Source: Minisyncoccota bacterium
GTDB lineage: Bacteria; Patescibacteriota; Minisyncoccia; Phycocordibacterales; UBA9973
NCBI GenBank assembly: GCA_017991915.1
Contig: JAGOPQ010000001.1
Coordinates: forward strand, 1 to 62,414
Length of the DNA stretch: 62,414 nt
Direction: 5' to 3'
This document shows, piece after piece, positions 45,635 through 54,626 of the stretch; position 1 is the first letter of the stretch; each line of letters starts with the position of its first letter. A model generated the notes under the pieces. It had not been told where the DNA came from. It searched no databases and was given only the letters and a program-made list of their open reading frames with translations. The translations under genes and the position numbers were made by a program.

Positions 45635-46998
45635 TGCAGAGTATCGCTAAGATAACATTTTGTGGAGGAACGGGCTCAGTGACTGGAGCCAATTTTCTTT
45701 TAGAAGTGGATGATAAAAAAATTCTTATTGATTGCGGACTTACTCAAGGTTTAAAAATAGCTGACTATATAAACTGGGAACCATTTACTTATGATCCCAA
45801 AGAGATAGATATGTTATTTATAACTCACGCTCACATTGACCACATCGGCAGAATTCCCAAAATAATTAACGATGGTTTTCGCGGTAAAATTTACTCTACT
45901 TTTCCCACCAAGGCTATGGCGCTACTCATGTTGGAGGACACTATGGGCATACTCGCAAAGAGTGATAAATTTGATTTAGATAAAATATACACCGAAGAGA
46001 ATATCAAGATGGCCCTGGGTCTGTGGAGTGGATTTGAATATCACGCGCCGTTTAAAATCACCGACAAACTAGAAGTTTCTTTCAAGAATGCTGGACATAT
46101 TTTGGGTTCAGCTATGGTTGAGTTTATTTTTAATGGCAAGAAGATTGTTTTTACCGGAGACTTGGGTAATTCTCCTTCACCACTATTGCCAGACACAGAG
46201 CAAATAACTGATGCGGACTATTTGATAATGGAATCCGTGTATGGGGACCGAGATCACGAGTCTCGCGATGATCGCAGAAAGTTTTTGGCTAAAGCCATTA
46301 TGGATAACTATAAGCGAAAGGGGACACTAGTCATACCGACCTTCTCCTTGGAGCGTTCACAAGAGCTATTGTTTGAATTAAATTCTCTCGTAGAGAGCAA
46401 GGCTATACCGATAATGCCAATCTTTTTTGATTCACCACTGGCCATACGCCTGACTGAAGTCTTTAAGCAATTCAAGGTCTATTTCAACGAAACTGCCCAG
46501 CAGGCCATGCATCATGATAAATACCTGTTTGATTTTCCTGGACTCCACTCTACTTTGAAATCCGAAGAGTCCCGAATGATCACCACTGTACCCAATCCTA
46601 AAATAATTATTGCCGGTTCTGGCATGTCTTCAGGTGGGCGCGTGGTGCACCATGAGAAAGAATATTTACCGAACCCAAACAATACTCTACTTTTGACCGG
46701 CTACCAGTCTGTGGGCACCATGGGACGTTTGATTCAAGAAGGAGTGAAGACTGTTCATATCTCTGGTCAGGACGTAGTCGTAAGGGCTCACATCACCACT
46801 ATTTCTGGGTACTCAGGACACAAGGACTCTGACGGACTCCTTCATTTTGTTGAGGGAATGCAAGATAAAGTACAAAAAGTTTTTGTAGTTATGGGGGAAC
46901 CAAAAAGCGCCATGTTCTTGGCGCAAAAAATCAAAGACAATCTAGGTATTGAAACCCATGTGCCCGAGCGGGGAGACAGCGTTATACTTCTTTGCTAA
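45634..46998 (+). CDS. Metallo-beta-lactamase / beta-CASP family ribonuclease (CPSF/RNase J-like)
   Basis: HAHIDHIG motif; beta-CASP and C-terminal RMMBL-like region. Confidence 0.85.
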   Translation: MQSIAKITFCGGTGSVTGANFLLEVDDKKILIDCGLTQGLKIADYINWEPFTYDPKEIDMLFITHAHIDHIGRIPKIINDGFRGKIYSTFPTKAMALLMLEDTMGILAKSDKFDLDKIYTEENIKMALGLWSGFEYHAPFKITDKLEVSFKNAGHILGSAMVEFIFNGKKIVFTGDLGNSPSPLLPDTEQITDADYLIMESVYGDRDHESRDDRRKFLAKAIMDNYKRKGTLVIPTFSLERSQELLFELNSLVESKAIPIMPIFFDSPLAIRLTEVFKQFKVYFNETAQQAMHHDKYLFDFPGLHSTLKSEESRMITTVPNPKIIIAGSGMSSGGRVVHHEKEYLPNPNNTLLLTGYQSVGTMGRLIQEGVKTVHISGQDVVVRAHITTISGYSGHKDSDGLLHFVEGMQDKVQKVFVVMGEPKSAMFLAQKIKDNLGIETHVPERGDSVILLC

Positions 46999-47001
46999 AT
47001 A

Positions 47002-47346
47002 TTATTTAGCGATTTCTAGAACTTTAGCGAAAGTTTTTGGGTGGTGCTCAGCAAATTCTGCTAGCATTTTTCTATTCAAAAGGATTCCTTTTTTATTTAG
47101 AGCTCCCATTAGCTTGGAGTAAGACATACCTAGTTCGTGTGCTCCAGCATTGATCTTGATATTCCAAAGTTTACGATTGTGTGACTTCTTGTCTCGGCGG
47201 TGAGCAAAAGAGTAACTACCAGCATGTAGGAGTGCTTCCTTTGCTTGTCGTTCCTTTGTACTGCGACCATGGCGCATACCCTTGGTCTGCTTCAATACAC
47301 TTCTTCGTCTCTTTAATGCATGTACTCCTTTTTTAACTCTTGTCAT
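47002..47346 (-). CDS. rplT: 50S ribosomal protein L20
   Basis: MTRVKKGV...RRR start; typical L20. Confidence 0.96.
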   Translation of the reverse strand: MTRVKKGVHALKRRRSVLKQTKGMRHGRSTKERQAKEALLHAGSYSFAHRRDKKSHNRKLWNIKINAGAHELGMSYSKLMGALNKKGILLNRKMLAEFAEHHPKTFAKVLEIAK

Positions 47347-47375
47347 GTGATTTTAAAATTATTATTAACGGCTAA

Positions 47376-47570
47376 TTAACTGAAGGGCAACAAATGGCTC
47401 TTTGGTTTGTTCTTGATAGTGAAACTCTGACCCTTGCGACCGGCTAGTTGGGTTGTTCTGGATTGCTTCGCATTGAAATGGTTAAAGCCTGGCTTTCGAG
47501 AAAGAATCTTGCCTTTCTTGGTAAGTTTCAATCTCTTGCTGTATGACTTGTTTGTTTTCATTCCTTTCAT
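47376..47570 (-). CDS. rpmI: 50S ribosomal protein L35
   Basis: MKTNKS..KR.K.T..GK pattern; 64 aa. Confidence 0.93.
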   Translation of the reverse strand: MKGMKTNKSYSKRLKLTKKGKILSRKPGFNHFNAKQSRTTQLAGRKGQSFTIKNKPKSHLLPFS

Positions 47571-47583
47571 AAAATTTTTATTA

Positions 47584-48090
47584 TTATTTAGCTTTTTCTA
47601 TTGTTACTGTTAAACCCTTTGGGCCTCTTTTGTATGAATCTGACACTTTGTAATTTTCAGTAATTAAGTGTAGTACTCTATCCAAACGCTCTCGTAAAAA
47701 CTTTTCATCCATATATTTCGCACGGCCAGAAAGGAAAAGTTCAACTTTGATTCTATGTCCTTCTTTGAGCCACTTGGAAGCAGTTTTGGCTTTAAGCTCT
47801 AGATCATGGTCACCTGTACCTATCTTTACTTGAATTGATTTGGTTTCAGTAAGCTTGGCACCGGCACGATTTTTCTTTAGCTTTTTACTTGCCTCATATT
47901 GATACTTTCCAAAATCCATTATCTTCCCGACTGGGGGATTCGCATTTGGTGAAATTTCAATTAAGTCCAAGCCCTTGGCTTGAGCGAGTTCTAACGCATC
48001 TTTTATGCTTAAAACACCGATGTTTTGGTTTTCGCTATCGATAATCCGAAGCTCTTTCGCCCTTATTTGATTGTTTATTCTTTCACGCAA
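47584..48090 (-). CDS. infC: Translation initiation factor IF-3
   Basis: INNQIRAKELRIID start. The start is non-AUG (TTG 48090, or in-frame ATT at 48096), as is usual for infC. Confidence 0.93.
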   Translation of the reverse strand: MRERINNQIRAKELRIIDSENQNIGVLSIKDALELAQAKGLDLIEISPNANPPVGKIMDFGKYQYEASKKLKKNRAGAKLTETKSIQVKIGTGDHDLELKAKTASKWLKEGHRIKVELFLSGRAKYMDEKFLRERLDRVLHLITENYKVSDSYKRGPKGLTVTIEKAK

Positions 48091-48139
48091 TTGAATCTAA
48101 ATGGGTGGATTTCTCCTCCTAAGACTAGTAGATAATAGC

Positions 48140-49457
48140 TTATTTGTCGTTTAAAGTCAACTTGGCTTCATCAAATAAGGATTCTATCTGGTTTATGGTT
48201 TTGGCCTCCCCAAATATGCGTATTATGGGCTCAGTATTAGAGGGCCTTAAGTGAAGCCATGATGAGTCAGGGAAGTCTAGGCGTAATCCATCTTGTTCGT
48301 CTAGGGTTGCGTCCATAAAGTGGTTTTTAAGCTTTAAATACATTTCATTTAAATCTGCTCCCGCTGGCCACTTATCTTTTTTAATAAAATATTTTGGCAG
48401 TGTGGAAACTATTTCACTTATGGTTTTTTGTCTCTCTGCCAAGAGTTCTAGAATTAGTGCTAGGCCGACAAAGCTATCTCGAGCTGTATTGATAGTAGGG
48501 TATATGACACCGCCGTTACCTTCACCGCCAATAATGGCATTGTGGGCGAGTATACCATCCACGACATTTCCTTCACCTATCTTTGTACGAAAAATATTAC
48601 ATCCGTATTTTTTTGCTATATCTACACACATTTGTGATGTTGATAAATTTATCACCACATTTCGTCCGGGATTTTTAGGAAGTATGTTTTCCAACACAAG
48701 CGCCAGAGAATATTCTTCGGAGATGACTTCTCCCAATTCATTTATGACTACCAGCCTGTCCGCATCTGGATCATGAGCAAAACCCAAGTTAGCACCGGAG
48801 GTTCTAACTATCTCGGCGATCTCGGTGAGATTTTCTTTTAAGGGTTCTGGTTTGTGGGTGAATTTTCCATTCGGAATATTATTGATTGGGATTATTTCTA
48901 CGCCAAGTTTTTCAAAAAGATATGGATCCATGACGCAGGCTGAAGCGTTGACCATTTCTACGGCAACTTTAAATTTAGTACCGCGGATAGCTTCTACGTT
49001 TACGTTCGCCAATATGTGGTCGGCATGTTCTTGGGTAAAGTTAGGCTTGTTCATAAAATTTATTTATTTTATCTACTTCATCTAAGATGGTAAAAAGAGC
49101 TTGGCTGTTTACAAATTTTAGTCCGTTATACTCTATGGGGTTGTGAGAAGCAGTGATGATGATTGCGCCGTCGTAATTATTTTTTCGCACTGAAAACAAA
49201 ACTGTTGGGGTGGGTAGTATGTCTCCATCCACCACCACCACTCCCATACTTTCTAGGGCTTTGATGACAAATTGTTTTATTGTCGGCCCACTTTCTCTAC
49301 CATCACGGCCGATTAAAATCACCGGATTAGGTTTACCAGTTTCTTCAATTGTAAATTTAGCAAAAGCTTGAGTGTAATTCGTAACTATTTTTTCCGTTAG
49401 AGTATCTCCCCAGACACCTCTATATCCAGAGACATTAAGTTTTGGTGCGTCTGACAT
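48140..49457 (-). pseudogene. Phosphoglucosamine/phosphomanno-mutase family gene split by a frameshift into 138-aa and 304-aa ORFs
   Basis: The N-terminal ORF (49457-49041) carries TASHNP. The C-terminal ORF (49054-48140) carries DPDADR. The two overlap by 14 nt inside an A/T-rich run. Confidence 0.7.
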
Positions 49458-49496
49458 GAGAGTATTTTAACACAATAGATGTGATAATATGTAGGC

Positions 49497-49940
49497 ATGG
49501 CGAATTACGCGGAAAATAGAAAAGCCCGCTTTGATTATGAAGTTTTAGAGAAATATGAAGCGGGGTTGGAACTATTGGGTACAGAAGTAAAGTCTGTACG
49601 GGGTGGACGCATGTCCTTAGATGGTGCTTTCGTCATTGTCCGTGGTGGTGAAGCATTCTTGATCAATGCAAATATTCCACCATATCAAGCTAAAAACACG
49701 CCCTCCGATTATGATCCACTTCGCAATAGAAAAATTCTCCTTACCAAGAAAGAAATAGGGGAGTTGGCTCAAAGTGGCAAGAACAAGAGTTTGACAATAG
49801 TGCCACTTGCAGTGTATAATAAAGGCAGGAAAATAAAGATATCTCTATCTTTAGTGAAAGGAAAGAAGAAGCACGACAAGCGTGAGACTATCAAAAAACG
49901 CGAAACTGATATTGAAATCAGACGCGAGTACAAGAGGTAG
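49497..49940 (+). CDS. smpB: SsrA-binding protein SmpB
   Basis: NRKARFDYEVLE...EAGLEL.GTEVKS motif. Confidence 0.95.
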   Translation: MANYAENRKARFDYEVLEKYEAGLELLGTEVKSVRGGRMSLDGAFVIVRGGEAFLINANIPPYQAKNTPSDYDPLRNRKILLTKKEIGELAQSGKNKSLTIVPLAVYNKGRKIKISLSLVKGKKKHDKRETIKKRETDIEIRREYKR

Positions 49941-49965
49941 TCGCGAACTTTGAAAGACCAATAAT

Positions 49966-50349
49966 GGGGATGCAAGGCATAGACAGTTGGCCTACTTGTA
50001 TCTGATGCATACCGAGTATGGGCGTAATCTCGTAAAAATTCGCCCAACAGCTTAATTGCAAAATTAGCTTCCAAAGTTACTTCTCCATACTTCGGTATGA
50101 AGGATCTAACTCCAGCTTTCGCTTTAGCTTAAGCCGGTGTCTGCCTCATAGACTTCCGATATATGAGGTTAGGCATAATATTATCGGGATAAGGAATTGC
50201 CCGCTCGAGCATTTCACGAAAACTTAGAGCTCGATTAAAAAATATTTGGCTCGCTTAATAATTTTTTAATTTAAACCACCAAGCGTGCTAAGTATGTAGA
50301 CTTCGATGCAATAACCTTCTGCACACGAGTTCAATTCTCGTCATCTCCA
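49966..50349 (+). ncRNA. ssrA: tmRNA (SsrA)
   Basis: 5' GGGGATG pairs with 3' CATCTCC, including a G3:U pair. T arm ACGAG-TTCAATT-CTCGT. Candidate tag ORF at 50058-50132, ending ...FALA-stop. Located directly after smpB. Confidence 0.88.
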
Positions 50350-50409
50350 CACAAATTTTTATTTTCTAAAATATTTTAAATTTTAGGTTTTTTGTGGTAT
50401 CATTGCACT

Positions 50410-52338
50410 ATGGATTTAAATTTTCTTAATCAAAAAAGCGAACAAACAAAGGGGAAGAAGGGGAAACCAGTCTCGAAATTTGGAGGTAGTATAGCTGGAG
50501 CGGTGCTTATCTTTATGGTTATTACGGCTTTGTATTTGGTGGTGACTGACACCTCCAAGCAACCTGTCGAAGTTTCAATATCTGACCTAGCCAAGAGTGT
50601 TTCTGTGGGTGAAGTGAAACAAATCCTGATTGAGGGTGATTCACTTACCGTAACTTATACAAACGATGAAGTGAAGCAGTCTAAAAAAGAAGTTGGCTCT
50701 GCGCTTTCTCAAACTCTATACAACTATGGCGTAAAGCCAGAAGCACTGGCTTTAACTGAAATCAAAGTTAAAAATCAAGGTGGTTTTGGTTTTTGGTTAG
50801 TAAATATTTTGCCATTTCTGTTACCAATTATTTTTATTGTTATTTTCTTTTGGTATTTATCACGACAAGTAAAAGGTGCCGGGGTTCAAGCTATGACCTT
50901 CGGTCAATCCAAGGCTAGAATCACTGACCCAAATGACAAGAGCAATCGTGTGACATTCAAAGATGTCGCTGGATGCAAAGAAGCCAAAGAAGAATTGAAA
51001 GAGATCGTGGATTTCTTGAAGAGCCCAAAGAAATTTCTAGACATTGGGGCTAGAATTCCTAAGGGTGTCATACTTACTGGTTCACCAGGAACAGGAAAGA
51101 CCTTACTAGCTCGTGCAGTGGCGGGGGAGGCAGGAGTACCATTCTTCCATCTTTCTGGTTCTGAATTCGTAGAAATGTTTGTGGGTGTTGGTGCATCAAG
51201 AGTTCGCGACCTTTTCAAAATGGCCAAGCGAGCAGCTCCAGCCATAATCTTCGTAGATGAAATAGACGCTATAGGTAGAACCCGTGGTGGAGGATTTGGT
51301 GGTGGTAATGATGAACGAGAACAAACTTTAAACCAAATTTTGGTGGAGATGGATGGTTTTGAACCAAACGACAAAGTGATTGTGATGGCGGCGACAAACC
51401 GACCAGATGTACTAGACCCAGCTCTAGTGCGACCAGGACGTTTTGATAGAAAAGTCATACTTGATTTACCTGATAGAAATGATCGTGAAGAAATATTAAA
51501 GATTCATGCTCTTAAAAAACCACTTGCTGAAGACATAAATTTGAAACTTATTGCAGAACGTACTCCTGGGTTCTCTGGAGCAGATTTGTACTCACTTATG
51601 AATGAAGGCGCCATTTTAGCTGCACGAGAAAATCGTAAAAAAGTTTTCCAATTTGATCTAATTCGAGCGATTGAGAAGGTTATGCTTGGCCCGGAGAGAA
51701 AAAGCCACCTACTTTCTAAAAAAGAAAAAGAAATAACTGCTTACCATGAAGCTGGTCATGCCATTGTGGCCTCTGTTTTGCCATATGCGGATCCAGTGCA
51801 TAAAGTTTCTATCATTGCTCGTGGTAGTGCCGGTGGTTATACACTCAAACTTCCACTTGAAGAACGCAAACTTCAATCCAAGAAAGAATTCATAGATGAT
51901 ATCGCTATGTCTATGGGTGGATATGTGGCCGAGAAAATGGTTTTCGGAGACATTACTACTGGTCCATCTAGTGACTTACAAGTAGCGAGTAATCTAGCTC
52001 GGGCTATGGTGACTCGTTGGGGTATGTCTGACGCTATCGGTCCAGTAGCACTTACTGGGAATGGTGGCCGAACAGTTTTTGGGGAAGAAGTAAACAACAA
52101 AGAATATTCTGAGACAGTGGCTACAAAGATTGATGCTGAGGTTTCAAAAATAATTGAAGATGGAATCAAATCTGCTGAGAAAGTTTTGACTGAACACAAG
52201 AAAGCTTTTGATGCTATCGCTCACAAACTCATAGAAGTGGAGACATTGGAACAAGAAGAATACGAGAAGCTGTTAACCGCTCATGGAATAGTACTTAAAA
52301 AGAAAGAGGAGCCAGCAACCCTCGAAGTTGCTAGTTAA
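50410..52338 (+). CDS. ftsH: ATP-dependent zinc metalloprotease FtsH
   Basis: Walker A GSPGTGKT, second region of homology, HEAGHA zinc motif. ATG 50410 lies 6 nt from a TGTGGTATCAT extended -10. Confidence 0.97.
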   Translation: MDLNFLNQKSEQTKGKKGKPVSKFGGSIAGAVLIFMVITALYLVVTDTSKQPVEVSISDLAKSVSVGEVKQILIEGDSLTVTYTNDEVKQSKKEVGSALSQTLYNYGVKPEALALTEIKVKNQGGFGFWLVNILPFLLPIIFIVIFFWYLSRQVKGAGVQAMTFGQSKARITDPNDKSNRVTFKDVAGCKEAKEELKEIVDFLKSPKKFLDIGARIPKGVILTGSPGTGKTLLARAVAGEAGVPFFHLSGSEFVEMFVGVGASRVRDLFKMAKRAAPAIIFVDEIDAIGRTRGGGFGGGNDEREQTLNQILVEMDGFEPNDKVIVMAATNRPDVLDPALVRPGRFDRKVILDLPDRNDREEILKIHALKKPLAEDINLKLIAERTPGFSGADLYSLMNEGAILAARENRKKVFQFDLIRAIEKVMLGPERKSHLLSKKEKEITAYHEAGHAIVASVLPYADPVHKVSIIARGSAGGYTLKLPLEERKLQSKKEFIDDIAMSMGGYVAEKMVFGDITTGPSSDLQVASNLARAMVTRWGMSDAIGPVALTGNGGRTVFGEEVNNKEYSETVATKIDAEVSKIIEDGIKSAEKVLTEHKKAFDAIAHKLIEVETLEQEEYEKLLTAHGIVLKKKEEPATLEVAS

Positions 52339-52365
52339 TTATAATTAATAAATAATATATTTATT

Positions 52366-53121
52366 ATGGATACACAAAATGTTTTGTTAGATGCAGGTGA
52401 AATGTTGAAGCGAGCTTGGACACTTTATAAGCAAAAATGGAGTTTGTTTGCGCAAGTCATGATTGTTCCGCTTATTCTGGCGGTGATTCTTTCCTTTTCT
52501 TCTGGAGGCAAAACATCATTTGATGTTCACCCAATTGCAATGTCTAACTGGGGTATGTATGTCTTGTTAACTATTGTTTATGTGATAATTTATAGTGTTG
52601 GTCAGTTGGCTCTGATGTACAGCGTAAAGGGTTCTGTGGAGAATCAAGCAGATATGAGTGTAGAGTCTTATTATAAAACTGCGTGGAGCAACATCCGTTC
52701 TTATTGGTGGGTTCTATTTTTGTCTGGAATAATATGTCTGGGTGGATTCATATTGCTGATTGTTCCTGGAATTATATTCGCTATTTGGTATTGCTTGGCA
52801 TCTTTTATTCTTATCAGTGAAAACTTGAAGGGAATGAATGCTCTCAATAAAAGTAAAGAGTATGTGAAGGGAAGATGGGGTAAGGTATTTTGGAGAATTC
52901 TAGTTGTTGCTTTCGCTAGTATGATTGCTTCTATCGTGATTGGAATTATCTCAAGAATATTCGGTTCTGCTGGCATGGCCTTGGGCCAGATTGCGAGCGG
53001 TCTAGTGATCACACCTGTCGTGGTCATTTATACTTTCATGATGTACATAAACCTAAAAGAAACCGTATCTACGAATACAGCTCCAGTTATTCCAGTTGCT
53101 ACAACTCCGACACAAGAATAA
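52366..53121 (+). CDS. Hypothetical integral membrane protein
   Basis: Six hydrophobic helices. No family recognised with confidence. Confidence 0.55.
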   Translation: MDTQNVLLDAGEMLKRAWTLYKQKWSLFAQVMIVPLILAVILSFSSGGKTSFDVHPIAMSNWGMYVLLTIVYVIIYSVGQLALMYSVKGSVENQADMSVESYYKTAWSNIRSYWWVLFLSGIICLGGFILLIVPGIIFAIWYCLASFILISENLKGMNALNKSKEYVKGRWGKVFWRILVVAFASMIASIVIGIISRIFGSAGMALGQIASGLVITPVVVIYTFMMYINLKETVSTNTAPVIPVATTPTQE

Positions 53122-53188
53122 TTCTAACCTTTGCGTAAATGACCTTAATTTTGTAGTATTAATCTTAAGGTTTTTTCGGCCAACAAAT

Positions 53189-53263
53189 CCCGTCCTTAGC
53201 TCAGTTGGTTAGAGCACAGAGCTTATACCTCTGGGGTCCTTGGTTCGAATCCAAGAGGACGGA
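53189..53263 (+). tRNA. tRNA-Ile with anticodon TAT (UAU)
   Basis: Acceptor CCGTCCT/AGGACGG, D arm GCTC-AGTTGGTTA-GAGC, anticodon stem CAGAG/CTCTG with loop CTTATAC, T arm CTTGG-TTCGAAT-CCAAG. No encoded CCA. Confidence 0.85.
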
Positions 53264-53284
53264 CAAGTAGTGACCTACTTGTCC
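53261..53284 (+). terminator. Perfect 10-bp hairpin overlapping the tRNA-Ile 3' end
   Basis: GGACAAGTAG-TGAC-CTACTTGTCC, with no T-run. It could be a processing or termination signal. Confidence 0.4.
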
Positions 53285-53286
53285 GT

Positions 53287-53350
53287 AGGCGCAGGCACGA
53301 CGGTGCCGAGCCGGGGTCGCGCAAAATTTCAGCAGAAATTTATGTGTGAC
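53287..53350 (+). repeat. tRNA-downstream GC-rich structured element, copy 2
   Basis: Matches 7905-7963. Its hairpins are GGCAC-GACG-GTGCC and AAATTTC-AGCA-GAAATTT. Confidence 0.75.
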
Positions 53351-53360
53351 GGACAAAAAG

Positions 53361-53388
53361 AAAAAATACGCCCTGTGGCGTATTTTTC
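53361..53388. terminator. Bidirectional intrinsic terminator (serves the minus-strand DoxX gene)
   Basis: A6-ATACGCC-CTGT-GGCGTAT-T5. Confidence 0.7.
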
Positions 53389-53416
53389 TATTTCAAGCGA
53401 CGGAGAGAAATTACAC

Positions 53417-53911
53417 TTATCTAAACATGGGATGCCTCTGTACGAATGCACAGTTTGCCCATTTATTACCGAATCCTATAGATTTACCTGAATCAGCTAA
53501 CACAAGGGTTAAAATCACCAAAGCATTGATAAAATGATCATCAATAAAAGGATGATTCTCTGGTTGTATGCCTGCAGCGGTATACATCAACACCATCATG
53601 GCTATTCCAGCCGTACCACCTAGCTTCATATAGATTCCAAAAGTTAAAGATGTTCCGATAAACAACAATCCAAGCATAAACAACCAGTCTACAGCGGCTA
53701 CGCCAGCCAATCCGTGATAAAAATCTGCAAAAGGTCCGTGTACCCCAAAGCTCAAAAATCCATACGTAGGTGAGCCCCCAGCCAGCCAGGCTTTTTCGGG
53801 TGTGGTAGCGAAGCTAAGTCCTAATAATTTATCAAAAAACGCCCACAAAAAAATCAAACCCATACTTATCCTTAAAATTCCCAGCACTTTTATTAATTTA
53901 GTTGACTGCAT
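53417..53911 (-). CDS. DoxX-family membrane protein
   Basis: LRISMGLIFLWAFFDKL... four-TM DoxX-like pattern. Confidence 0.7.
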   Translation of the reverse strand: MQSTKLIKVLGILRISMGLIFLWAFFDKLLGLSFATTPEKAWLAGGSPTYGFLSFGVHGPFADFYHGLAGVAAVDWLFMLGLLFIGTSLTFGIYMKLGGTAGIAMMVLMYTAAGIQPENHPFIDDHFINALVILTLVLADSGKSIGFGNKWANCAFVQRHPMFR

Positions 53912-54039
53912 AAATAATTCATCACTTATTACTAATAATTTAGGTTATCCACTATACACAAGGGGACTAACCTCGTGTATACTGATTTAGTAGTTGCATG
54001 ACTTTTAACGCTCATTAATTATACCCACAAAATAAATTT

Positions 54040-54621
54040 ATGGGAAGGGCAAGTGTCCACAAAATTTTAAAAAATATGCAAAATTTTAACAAAAATTGGT
54101 TTAAATTCTCCGCAGCTTTTATTGCTTGCTTGGCAATTAGACTTATTCCAATACGGCCACCCAATATCGAACCTATCATGGCCACTCAAATGCCGATGAG
54201 TAAGGTTTACGGTCCATATTTTGGATTTATTTTTTCATTTTTAAGTATTGTGGCTTACGATTTACTGACTGGGACACTCGGAATGTGGTCATTGTTCACA
54301 GCTACCACATACGGAGTGTTGGGACTAGCAGCTACGTTCTATTTTAGAAACAAAAAAGGTACTGGACTGGACTATGTACGTTTCGCAATCTTCGGAACTT
54401 TATTTTTTGATGCTGTGACCGGGCTTTCTGTCGGACCACTCTTCTTCCATCAATCTTTTTATAATGCCTTGATCGGACAAATTCCATTCACGATGCTTCA
54501 TCTGGTGGGAAATGTTTTATTTGCCTATATGTTGAGTCCCGCCATATACAGTTTATTTATTAAAAAGAAGAAGTTTGAACGAAAATCTATTATCAACATT
54601 TTTAATCCAAAAACAATTTAA
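54040..54621 (+). CDS. Integral membrane protein, possibly a solitary ECF S-component-like vitamin (cobalamin?) transporter
   Basis: About 6 TM helices. It ends 5 nt before nrdJ, so co-transcription is likely. The family assignment is uncertain. Confidence 0.35.
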   Translation: MGRASVHKILKNMQNFNKNWFKFSAAFIACLAIRLIPIRPPNIEPIMATQMPMSKVYGPYFGFIFSFLSIVAYDLLTGTLGMWSLFTATTYGVLGLAATFYFRNKKGTGLDYVRFAIFGTLFFDAVTGLSVGPLFFHQSFYNALIGQIPFTMLHLVGNVLFAYMLSPAIYSLFIKKKKFERKSIINIFNPKTI

Positions 54622-54626
54622 ATAAC

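Noticed and set aside
50904-51458. 184-aa ORF antisense to ftsH (with similar cases at 56827-57348 antisense to nrdJ/PduO and 60422-60979 antisense to recG)
   Set aside because: These overlap strongly conserved genes, have no independent start signals, and show antisense-type composition.
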